A stretch of DNA of 64,000 nt, from the NCBI GenBank assembly GCA_000388065.2, contig KB932202.1; one strand, written 5' to 3'. The notes beneath the pieces were generated by a model. The model was not told the DNA's origin. It did not search any database and saw only the letters and a program-made list of their open reading frames with translations. Below are positions 11,165 to 21,071 of this stretch, one piece after another (position 1 is the first letter of the stretch; each line of letters begins with the position of its first letter). This DNA is from Fonticula alba ATCC 38817. Lineage: Eukaryota > Protista > Nucleariida. The translations under genes were made by a program, and so were the position numbers.

Positions 11165-13459
11165 ATGAGCCTTCTCCTCACCTGCATGGGCCTATCGACG
11201 GTCATTGGCACTGCGTGGTCGATCCTGTCGGTGGCCTGCTGCTGCTCGTCGGTCATCTGCGCTACGTGCACGCGTGTCACCGGCTTCCGCTCCTCGCTTG
11301 CCACTCGGATTTCCTATGCCGTGCGGATTGCCCCCCCTTTCCCTGCGTACCTGCGCGCCAAGCCCAACCGCCATCCCCCTCACTGACCCTCTCTCGCCAC
11401 AGGTGCTTTTCTTCGCGGCATCCACCGTGGCTTGGTCGTCCGAATCGACCGGTTGGCTGGACAATCTGTTCAGCAGCCTGCCACTCTATGGGGAGCGCTG
11501 CGCCCGGTACCCCCCACTCGGTCCGAATGGAGCCTCCCCTTCGGCTGCCGAATGGGCCCTGCTTGACCCTCAATCCTCCGCATCCGAGCTGTGGGACTGT
11601 GTCCCGGGCGGCCGACTGGCCCTACTTCGGGTTCTAGCGGCCCTCTTTGCCTTCCACCTCCTTCAAAGCATCCTCCTGCTGGGGGTCAAGTCGTCCCGCG
11701 ACCCTCGTGCCGGCATCCAGAATGGGTATGATTCCTGCCGATCTTCTTCCGATGTTTCTCGGCCGCCTGCCATCCTGATCCCACACACACACACACACAC
11801 ACATATATATGTCTCTTGTCTCTCTCTTTGTTCCCCACCTCTCTCCTCCACTCACACATGCACAAACACACGCAAACAGCTTCTGGCTGATGAAGCTCCT
11901 CATCCTCGGGAGCATGATCATCGGAGCCTTCTTCATCCCGATCTCAGTGTTCTCCTTCTACGCCGTACGTCCTCCCACACTGCTGCATTTTCTCCACGTT
12001 GCAGCCCACTCNNNNNNNNNNNNNNNNNNNNNNNNNNNNNNNNNNNNNNNNNNNNNNNNNNNNNNNNNNNNNNNNNNNNNNNNNNNNNNNNNNNNNNNNN
12101 NNNNNNNNNNNNNNNNNNNNNNNNNNNNNNNNNNNNNNNNNNNNNNNNNNNNNNNNNNNNNNNNNNNNNNNNNNNNNNNNNNNNNNNNNNNNNNNNNNNN
12201 NNNNNNNNNNNNNNNNNNNNNNNNNNNNNNNNNNNNNNNNNNNNNNNNNNNNNNNNNNNNNNNNNNNNNNNNNNNNNNNNNNNNNNNNNNNNNNNNNNNN
12301 NNNNNNNNNNNNNNNNNNNNNNNNNNNNNNNNNNNNNNNNNNNNNNNNNNNNNNNNNNNNNNNNNNNNNNNNNNNNNNNNNNNNNNNNNNNNNNNNNNNN
12401 NNNNNNNNNNNNNNNNNNNNNNNNNNNNNNNNNNNNNNNNNNNNNNNNNNNNNNNNNNNNNNNNNNNNNNNNNNNNNNNNNNNNNNNNNNNNNNNNNNNN
12501 NNNNNNNNNNNNNNNNNNNNNNNNNNNNNNNNNNNNNNNNNNNNNNNNNNNNNNNNNNNNNNNNNNNNNNNNNNNNNNNNNNNNNNNNNNNNNNNNNNNN
12601 NNNNNNNNNNNNNNNNNNNNNNNNNNNNNNNNNNNNNNNNNNNNNNNNNNNNNNNNNNNNNNNNNNNNNNNNNNNNNNNNNNNNNNNNNNNNNNNNNNNN
12701 NNNNNNNNNNNNNNNNNNNNNNNNNNNNNNNNNNNNNNNNNNNNNNNNNNNNNNNNNNNNNNNNNNNNNNNNNNNNNNNNNCTCTCCCTCTCTTTCCCTC
12801 CCCCCCCCCCCCCCCCGCCTCTTTCTCTCTCCCCCTCTTCCACTCTCCCTCCTTGTCTGTGTGGGTCGATGCCTGTCTTTCTTTCCCTCCTTTTTGCCTC
12901 GTCTCTCTGCTCGCGGCTCCTGTCCCTCCGACGCTCGGGAAGACCATCCTAACAGCCATATCCACCTCCTCCCCTCTCTCCGGCGCTCGTCCAGAACTAT
13001 TCGCTGGCCGAGTCGTCCACCAACAACTACGTGCGCCTCTACCTCCCACATGCCATCTGTCACATAATGCCCCCCTCCCCCCCTCACTTTCTTTGACTCA
13101 CGCGCATGTGCATTTTTCACACGCATGACTGCCCAAACGTGCCTACACAGAGCCTTGCCCTCATGTCGGACAATGGGGACTCTTCCGACGATGCGGATGC
13201 CGAGCACACCGGCGACGAGGCCGAGTCCTGTCAGTACAGCTACTCAACCTTCCATTTCATCTTCGCCCTGGCGGCACTCTACATGTCGATGCTCCTGTCG
13301 GATTGGGGCGCCATCAATCTGTCTGGCGCGCCGATCTTCATCGGCCACGAGTGGCTTGGCATCTGGATCCGCATCGTCACCAGCTGGATCGGGTATGGCC
13401 TCTTCAGCTGGACTCTGGTTGCGCCAATCTTCCTGCCAGACCGCTTCAGCTTTACATGA
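11165..13459 (+). CDS. Serinc/TMS1 (serine incorporator) multi-pass membrane protein; central exons hidden in N gap
   Basis: Exons 11165-11320, 11403-11725, 11880-11964, then gap 12012-12781, a small exon near 12991-13029, and 13151-13459. Motifs: ACCCSS..C, SSLATRISYA, GVKSSRDPRAGIQNGFW..K, YSYSTFHFIFALAALYMSMLLSDW, WIRIVTSW...WTLVAP...PDR. Confidence 0.88.
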
Positions 13460-14079
13460 GTGCATGTGCATGTGCATGTGTGGTCCAAGGGCCCCTCTCG
13501 CGCACCCTCCTATCTTGGCACAGATGATGTCGAGAGGAGAAAGAAAGAAACCCCATCAATAAATTACGACGCCCCTGTTTTCCTTTCCCTCCGTTCGAGT
13601 GGCCCCTCCCTTCGTGTTTCTGGCCGCCGGCGCCGAAGCCCGGGCATTCAATTAAGACGATCACCAGGCCCGGTCGAGTTAACCCGTGTCATGCAGGCCC
13701 GAAAGTGCGTATGCATATCCGGTACTCCAGATTGTGAAGTTCGCGTGATGAGCATAATGATGTTCTGCCATTGCTTTTCGTGAAATTCCCCGTCTGCTCG
13801 TCAGGGACGGGTCATGCAGCGCCGGTCTTCTTTCACCCACGCACGCGCAAACGAAAAGGCAAATGCGCCGTATGTTTTTGACGGCGGGCTCGGCGGTGGA
13901 TGTCTGCGTGTGCATGTGCGCATAAATGTGCATCACAATCGATCCAAAGATGTGGTATCCAGACCGATCCCCGGAGTAATCCGGCGCGGATCCCGCGCGC
14001 GACCTCGGGGCCAACCAACTGTCCGCCCCGGGCGGGNNNNNNNNNNCCTCGGGGCCAACCAACTGTCCGCCCCGGGCGG

Positions 14080-14110
<31 letters not shown>

Positions 14111-14875
14111 CTATTTGATTCCAGAAGAACCTCCATGTTGAGAGCACGGGTCCCATGTGCTGGCAGTCCGGCAGTAGCATCCGCGTGCGGCACCCCCGCA
14201 TGCACGTACTACCTTGGGGCGGGACCCATGCGCACGCATGAATGCACACGCGGGCAGGAGCATGACGCTCAGGGCTCAACACAGGGTCCGCCCGGATTTT
14301 GTCCTCCTCCCTGAGCCGCTGACTTGTGTCCTCCACACACCTGTTGATACCCCCCCTCCCCCGGGGGCGCCCGGTGTGGGCCTCTTGGGGGATCTCGGCT
14401 CGGGCCAGATCGCCCCACCGCCGTCTGCCCGCCCCCACAGGTCCCCCTCCCTTGCGCGGGGGCATCCCCCCCCCCCCATGCGTGCTCCATTCCGTGAACG
14501 CGAGTGTTCCCCACTTTGTGGATGCTTCAAGGGGAGCACCCACGCCTGGCCCCTAGTCCCCCCCCACCATACGGAACGGCATCAGCCCCTCCCCCCCCCC
14601 CTCTCCCCCATTCTCCCCCGTTCTCTGTTCCTCACGCATCCNNNNNNNNNNNNNNNNNNNNNNNNNNNNNNNNNNNNNNNNNNNNNNNNNNNNNNNNNNN
14701 NNNNNNNNNNNNNNNNNNNNNNNNNNNNNNNNNNNNNNNNNNNNNNNNNNNNNNNNNNNNNNNNNNNNNNNNNNNNNNNNNNNNNNNNNNNNNNNNNNNN
14801 NNNNNNNNNNNNNNNNNCCCCTCCCCCAGACATCTGCCGCGTCCTGGTAGCTCCCCCTCCCCTCCCCGGAAGAGC

Positions 14876-17095
14876 ATGATCGAGCCCGCCTCGCACCTGC
14901 TCAACCTGTCGCCCGACAAGCCGCCCTTGAGCTCGGACGCCATGGCGACGGCGTACGAATCCGAGGTGGAATTCGACTCGGACCTGGAGGCCGAGATTCT
15001 CAGCCGGATTTACCACCGACATGTGGCACCCACGGAGGACCCCAGCTCTTTGGTACCCGGGGCCGACGCCCCGGCTCCAGGGATCGAGCTTTTCTCCCAG
15101 CCGCCGGCCGACCACAGCTGGGCCGGCCAGGCCGGCCCGGTGCCCGGGGCCGACAACATCCCGACGGCCGGCTCGGCCGACTCGAGCTTCCTGCCATCCA
15201 TGTGTCCGATTGTGCACGTTCGGTCGGCCCTGCTCGGTGGTCTGTCCTGCTCGGCGGACCTGTCCACGGCCATTGACGCCAATCCGGCCCCCAGCTCGGA
15301 AGCCGGCTCCCCGGAGGGCGTGGACTCCCCGGCCCTGAGCCCCGACCCGAGTGCCGATTCGGCGGCCACCTCCACCGATGAGGATTCCTCCTTTGAGCTG
15401 GACTCCCAGCTGGAGCTCGAAGACGACGAAGATCAAGAAGAGGAGGACGACTTCCTGGACTTGACCTTCTCGCCGGCCTCCGCACCGGCCTTCTCCCGGA
15501 AGCCTGTATGTCCCTGGCCCTGCCGGCGCCGCGCCCTTCCCTTTCCCTCGCCCCCGCTTGCCTCTTCCATGCGCTTCCTGCCTGGGGTCTCACCATCCGG
15601 AAACAACCCCCCTCCCCCCCCCCCCGCCCCCATAACTCGCCCCCTGCTGCAGCCCGCCAAGGCGCGCTACTTCATGCTCGAGCAGGATGAGCCCAATCCC
15701 AGGACCGGCGATCGCCGGCCCTCTTTCTCCATCGATGACCCTCTGTCCACGGCGACCATCGGTGAGACTGGCCTCTCCAAGAGCGAGTACCTGTCCAGTC
15801 TCAAGCGGCTGGCCGTGAAGGACGACGCGCCGGCCGCCGAGGCCGGGGCCGACACGACCCCCACCCCTGGGACTGGGACCCTGAATGGGCTCGGCGTGCC
15901 GGTGGCCTTTGCCAGCTTTGCCATGATCGTGTCTCTGGTTCGCGATATGGAGGCCGACCGTCTGGCCGAGGACGGTGCGCCGGAGGAGGAAAGCTTCCCG
16001 GACTACTATCCCCGGGCTCCGGAACGCCCGGATGGGCGGCTGTGCGTGCTCTGCGGCGTCCGTGGACACTGGATGCAACGCTGTCCGGAGGAGCGCTGCT
16101 TCGAGTGCTCGGGTGTCGGGCATCGGGCGCGCTTTTGTCCCCAGCGCACCGGTGGGCTGACAGCGCGCCGGGCCCATCGGTGCAGCCGGTGCAACGCGCT
16201 CGGCCACCAACACCACCAATGCCACACCATCTGGCGGGTGTACACCCCGTCGGAGCTGGCTGTCACCTCGGCGGCCAAGGCAACGGCCGCCCTGGCCGCC
16301 GGCCGGCCAGTTCCCCGGCGGGGCCTCATCATCCGGCGCTGGTGCTACCACTGCGGCGAGCGAGGGCACCTGGGCGATGACTGCACCCGGCGGTCCTTTG
16401 GTGGGATCTTCAGCTCGGGCTCCGGGCCCTCCGGAGCCGCATATCGGGACCTGTCTCCCGGTCCTCCGCCGCCCTCCTTCCGCCGGGTGGTCACGCCCTT
16501 TGGGTATGCGGCCCTGCAGGCGGCCGGCCTGTCTGGCATGCAGGGGGATTCCTTCACCCTGGGGGAGATCCCGGCTCCCAGGTCCTCCGAGGCATCGGGC
16601 ACGCGGTCTCGCAGCACCTTCGCAGATAATCCCCCCCTGAAGACCTCGGGCACGGGTGCTGCTGCTGCTGCTGCTGCTGCCCCGACTCTCGGGGAGCTGC
16701 TGAATGCCGCGGTGTCGTCCAACCGCAAGCGGCCACGCCCGGCCGATCTATTGCCAGACCAAAATTGGCAGAAGAGCCCGGCCTCCAAGCATCGCCGGAC
16801 CACTGCCCTCGCCAAGGGGGAGGACGACAAGAAGAAGAAGAAAAAGAAGAAGAAGGCCAAGGAGAGCAACGACGCCGATGTGGCAGCCCATCCGTCCTCC
16901 AAGCGCGGCAAGCATGCGTCCTCCAAGGATGAGGCCGCCTCTGCGGCCAGCAAGAAGAAGTCCTCTCGCCGCAGCTCCTCGCCCTCGTACTCTCGTGGCA
17001 GCAGCCGGAAGCGGGCGGCGTCCCACGTGGCCATCGACGCCAAAGCCTCCAAGTCGGCGGCGAAGGCCTCCAAACTGGCCAAGTCCAAGGCGTGA
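14876..17095 (+). CDS. Zinc-knuckle RNA-binding protein of the TRAMP complex, Air1/Air2/ZCCHC7-like
   Basis: Four CX2CX4HX4C knuckles, with the IWRVY linker motif after the third and CYHCGERGHLGDDC as the last. Acidic N-terminus, Lys/Ser-rich C-terminus. Probable in-frame intron 15506-15652 (GTATGT...CATAAC...CAG). Confidence 0.82.
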   Translation: MIEPASHLLNLSPDKPPLSSDAMATAYESEVEFDSDLEAEILSRIYHRHVAPTEDPSSLVPGADAPAPGIELFSQPPADHSWAGQAGPVPGADNIPTAGSADSSFLPSMCPIVHVRSALLGGLSCSADLSTAIDANPAPSSEAGSPEGVDSPALSPDPSADSAATSTDEDSSFELDSQLELEDDEDQEEEDDFLDLTFSPASAPAFSRKPVCPWPCRRRALPFPSPPLASSMRFLPGVSPSGNNPPPPPPAPITRPLLQPAKARYFMLEQDEPNPRTGDRRPSFSIDDPLSTATIGETGLSKSEYLSSLKRLAVKDDAPAAEAGADTTPTPGTGTLNGLGVPVAFASFAMIVSLVRDMEADRLAEDGAPEEESFPDYYPRAPERPDGRLCVLCGVRGHWMQRCPEERCFECSGVGHRARFCPQRTGGLTARRAHRCSRCNALGHQHHQCHTIWRVYTPSELAVTSAAKATAALAAGRPVPRRGLIIRRWCYHCGERGHLGDDCTRRSFGGIFSSGSGPSGAAYRDLSPGPPPPSFRRVVTPFGYAALQAAGLSGMQGDSFTLGEIPAPRSSEASGTRSRSTFADNPPLKTSGTGAAAAAAAAPTLGELLNAAVSSNRKRPRPADLLPDQNWQKSPASKHRRTTALAKGEDDKKKKKKKKKAKESNDADVAAHPSSKRGKHASSKDEAASAASKKKSSRRSSSPSYSRGSSRKRAASHVAIDAKASKSAAKASKLAKSKA

Positions 17096-17791
17096 GATGT
17101 CCCTGTCGCCGCCAATGCGCCCATCATCATGGCTGGGGGGGGGGGGGGGGAGCCCGGCTGCGAGGGCCCCATGTAGATGGTGGTGGAGCCAGTTCCAGCG
17201 GCCAAAGGGATCTCTGACCCGACCGGGTCCCGGCAGAAGAAGAAAAAAAGGGCGCAGGTGCCCGCCGCAGAGCAGCAACATCGGGGGGGGGAGGGGGGGG
17301 GGGGGGGGGGGCAGAAGCACCACACCCTCAGGCAGGACAAATCTAGAGTCGAGCCTGCTCCCGTCCCGCCATTGATGCGCGCGCCATGTATGCGGCACTG
17401 CCTCCGCGCCTTTCGCTCTCCTGCTTCTCCTTCCCCCTTTGGGTGTTTGCGTCCTTGAGTTATCCTGTATTTTATCAATGCACCCACTGGCCGGGACCAA
17501 TGTGTGTTCCCATTCTCGTATGCTGCCTCCCTTGCCTGCCCTTCCTCCCGGTGCCTTGGGGCCTTTGGTCTGTCGCACGAGCACGACTCGCCTGTCCCAC
17601 CCCCCTATGGATACTTCTCAGCCCCCTGGGCCGGATAGCTTGGATGCCGGTGGTGTGGCTGTCGTGTATGCGCCCGCGTGAGGCATGAGCCAAAAAGAGG
17701 CGGGGGGGGGGGGGGGGGGATTAAAAAAAAGAACACGGGAACATGAGCGCAGAGGGCAGGGCACAAGCGGAGCAGTGACACGGGCCATGCA

Positions 17792-19684
17792 TCACCCCTC
17801 CAACAATGGCAAGACGGTCGCCTGCCAGGACTCTTCCCAGGTGAGCAGCCGTGGCAGGCGGATGCTTTCGCCGGCCACCGCCCGGCCATAGCGCAGCTCC
17901 AGAGCCGCATCGGATAAGCGCCTCAGTCGGTCATCGGTACCCATCAAAGACTCGACACAGGTGGCCAACTGGGTTGCCAGATGCTCGCGCGCATGCGCAA
18001 GCCGCTGGAGCGGGTTTTCCTGGAGGCCGCCATGCGCCGGCTCCGTGAACGATGGCGCCGGCATGTCGGCAAATGGCCCGAGTCCAAGAGGCCAGGCAAC
18101 CAGCCCAGCCATATGCCCGGGCCCCTGGCCGGACTCACCGGCAGCATCGGTCGCCGCCGGGTCGAACAGGCGCTCCGCCACGGCTGGGAAGCCGATCGAC
18201 ACGGCCGGCAACGCGGCGCCAGCCATGTCCACCAGCTTCATCGGATAATCCCGCCCGGAGGAGCTGACATGCATGCTCAGGCCGAAGTCCGCCGTGCCGA
18301 GCAGGGTCGCATACTGGTCAAAGGCCATCCAGGACGTGCAAACCACGGCCACATGCACCAGCGAAACCCGCGCCAGCGCCTCTACGAAGGGGCCCTGCAG
18401 CGGACCGCGGCCAGTCATGAAAAGAACCAAGCGACGGCGCTTGGCCGCCCCGCCGGGAGGAGTGGCCAGCTGTTGGTCCAGCAGCACAAGGCACCGCAGC
18501 AGCAGGCCCATATCCTCATCGGGTGTCCAGCTGGATGAGCTCACCGCAATCAATGGCCGGCCCTGGCGCTCTTGCACCACACCAGCCGGGGTGCGCACAG
18601 TCCAGAGGGTTGCCTCGGGGGGGCAATCGCGGGCCCACGCATGGCGGCCAAGGTGTTCGGCCTGCAGGCTGGCCAGGAGCCCATGTGCCCGGAGCATGCG
18701 CTGCCGGTGCATGGGACACGCGCCTTGGGGGCCTCCGGCCGCACGGTCGCAGGCCCCTTCGCAGCATGTGTGCAGGCTGTGCCACCAAACCCGACCGAAT
18801 GTGACCCCGGGCCAATCATACAGGACGTGGATCGGGCCGGCCGGCCGGCCAAGAGCCGCACCCAGGTCCCGGGCCATGCTTTCCGTCACGGCCAAGTGGC
18901 GGTCCCCGGCCCAGCGGCCAAACTGCCGCTCAACATACCTCGCCAATACTATGAGGCGACTTTCGCCCGTCCGACGAGTGGTGGCCACCGCCGTCGTCAA
19001 CGACCCATCGGCCGTCGGTCGACCCATCAAGGTGAAGGCATAGTTGTGCCAGTCGACCAGCATGCGCGTGGGCGCCCGGTCTGGAAGCCCGGCAAGGCTC
19101 CTGGCCACTCGGCGAAGACGCAGCACCATGCGCGCAGCGGCCAGCGCCATGAGCGTCGGAATGGCCGGAGGGGTTTGAACCACCACGGCCTCTAGGTGCT
19201 GGAGGCTGAAGCACAGCAGCCACACGATCATTAGCCACTGGCCGGCCAGGCGCCGAAGAGCACGCCAAGCAAGAGCCACGGGATGGGCCGGGCCTTGGCC
19301 AAGCAGCCGGGACCCCGGACGCTGAAGGGGCACCAATCGCACACACTGGTGCCTGGCCAGACCCGCCGGAAGGAGTGCCTCTCGGCCGGCCTGCTGGGCG
19401 GATGCCTGTCGCGCGCAAGCCAGGTCCCAGGGAGCGTGCTTGCAGCCGACAGCCGGACACTGAGCGCCAGGGATAGGAGCGGGCGAGAGGAGCTTTCCCC
19501 GCAACGCATCGGACGTGTAACCAATCAGGAAGACCGGTGCCCGGGCCGAAGTGTGGGCGGCCAGGTGCTCGGCCCGCCGGGCCAGGGATTCCGCATGCAA
19601 GCACATGCGCGGACTGCGGTCGATGTCCCCGAGGACCAGGACCGCCGTGCCGGCAGCCCGGAGGCCAGGTGGAGAGGAGGCCAT
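17792..19684 (-). CDS. ALG1: Chitobiosyldiphosphodolichol beta-1,4-mannosyltransferase (GT33)
   Basis: Continuous ORF with VLVLGDIDRSPRM, QTPPAIPT, VDWHNYAFT, SSSSWTPDED, TGRGPL and SMHVSSSGRDYPMKLVDM. First ATG is at 19684 (the ORF-track start at 19696 is TTG). Confidence 0.88.
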   Translation of the reverse strand: MASSPPGLRAAGTAVLVLGDIDRSPRMCLHAESLARRAEHLAAHTSARAPVFLIGYTSDALRGKLLSPAPIPGAQCPAVGCKHAPWDLACARQASAQQAGREALLPAGLARHQCVRLVPLQRPGSRLLGQGPAHPVALAWRALRRLAGQWLMIVWLLCFSLQHLEAVVVQTPPAIPTLMALAAARMVLRLRRVARSLAGLPDRAPTRMLVDWHNYAFTLMGRPTADGSLTTAVATTRRTGESRLIVLARYVERQFGRWAGDRHLAVTESMARDLGAALGRPAGPIHVLYDWPGVTFGRVWWHSLHTCCEGACDRAAGGPQGACPMHRQRMLRAHGLLASLQAEHLGRHAWARDCPPEATLWTVRTPAGVVQERQGRPLIAVSSSSWTPDEDMGLLLRCLVLLDQQLATPPGGAAKRRRLVLFMTGRGPLQGPFVEALARVSLVHVAVVCTSWMAFDQYATLLGTADFGLSMHVSSSGRDYPMKLVDMAGAALPAVSIGFPAVAERLFDPAATDAAGESGQGPGHMAGLVAWPLGLGPFADMPAPSFTEPAHGGLQENPLQRLAHAREHLATQLATCVESLMGTDDRLRRLSDAALELRYGRAVAGESIRLPRLLTWEESWQATVLPLLEG

Positions 19685-20867
19685 CTGGCGGTTCAACCCA
19701 CGTGGAGGCGGTGAGGCGAGGATGAGGAGAAGGCAATGACAGTGTCGGCAAGCAAGGAAGAGTCACAAGTAAGGGGCCTCCCGTTCGGCAAGGGGGCCGA
19801 AATCCACCAGTATGGTCTACGGATCAGGCCCCGGGCCTGCCCNNNNNNNNNNNNNNNNNNNNNNNNNNNNNNNNNNNNNNNNNNNNNNNNNNNNNNNNNN
19901 NNNNNNNNNNNNNNNNNNNNNNNNNNNNNNNNNNNNNNNNNNNNNNNNNNNNNNNNNNNNNNNNNNNNNNNNNNNNNNNNNNNNNNNNNNNNNNNNNNNN
20001 NNNNNNNNNNNNNNNNNNNNNNNNNNNNNNNNNNNNNNNNNNNNNNNNNNNNNNNNNNNNNNNNNNNNNNNNNNNNNNNNNNNNNNNNNNNNNNNNNNNN
20101 NNNNNNNNNNNNNNNNNNNNNNNNNNNNNNNNNNNNNNNNNNNNNNNNNNNNNNNNNNNNNNNNNNNNNNNNNNNNNNNNNNNNNNNNNNNNNNNNNNNN
20201 NNNNNNNNNNNNNNNNNNNNNNNNNNNNNNNNNNNNNNNNNNNNNNNNNNNNNNNNNNNNNNNNNNNNNNNNNNNNNNNNNNNNNNNNNNNNNNNNNNNN
20301 NNNNNNNNNNNNNNNNNNNNNNNNNNNNNGAGCATGCATGGATAGCCAGCGAAATTAACATTCAAATCTGTCACGAAAAAGTCATTTCTACCAGCCGGGA
20401 ACCGGCCGGGGCGATGCACCGCCAGCTGTGAAATTCAGGCACGTACGGATGTCGTACGAGCGAGGCTTTTGAACCGGCACTTCGGTCGCGACAGGGCGGC
20501 TGCACCGGCTGGTAAGCCGGCCGGCCGGCCGGGCCAGCCAGCCCGTCGGGCTCATGCCGCCCAACTCCAGGCGGGCTGGGCTCGGGAACCAGTGCGAGGC
20601 TCGGCCGCCCCCCCCCCCCCTCCCCTGGACCTGCCACCACTTGGAAGAATGAAGTTCAGGGCTTGTCAGACTTTGCTGTCTGTGTTCCCTTTGGTATGTG
20701 AAGGGGTGAATAAAGCGGCCTTGACGATGATGATGATGATGTCAACTCCCCCCTGCTGAGCTCGGTCTCGGTGCGCCCCGCGATGAGGCCCAAGCATCGG
20801 ACTCGCGGCGGCGGCCCTGCTAAAAAGGCCCCGAGCTTTAGCCTCCCGGGGCTTCCAACTGCACAGT

Positions 20868-20898
<31 letters not shown>

Positions 20899-21071
20899 AC
20901 CAAAAACACCACACAAAAACAAACACCACCCAAAACCCAACCAAACACAAAACCCTCGCCGCTACTTTACGTGTCTTTCGCACCGCAGCCTCACGCCTGT
21001 CGGCTTACCGTTGCCTCGGTCACTTCCAGCCTCACCACCCCCCCCCATCCTGTCCATCTCCCAACACAACC

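Noticed and set aside
13745-13800. GTGATGA C-box-like motif suggesting a C/D snoRNA
   Set aside because: No CTGA D box within a plausible distance and no terminal stem.
14003-14080. Exact 34-nt direct repeat flanking a 10-N gap
   Set aside because: The duplicated sequence sits on both sides of a scaffold gap next to a poly-G run, which is typical of unmerged contig ends, not a TSD or LTR.
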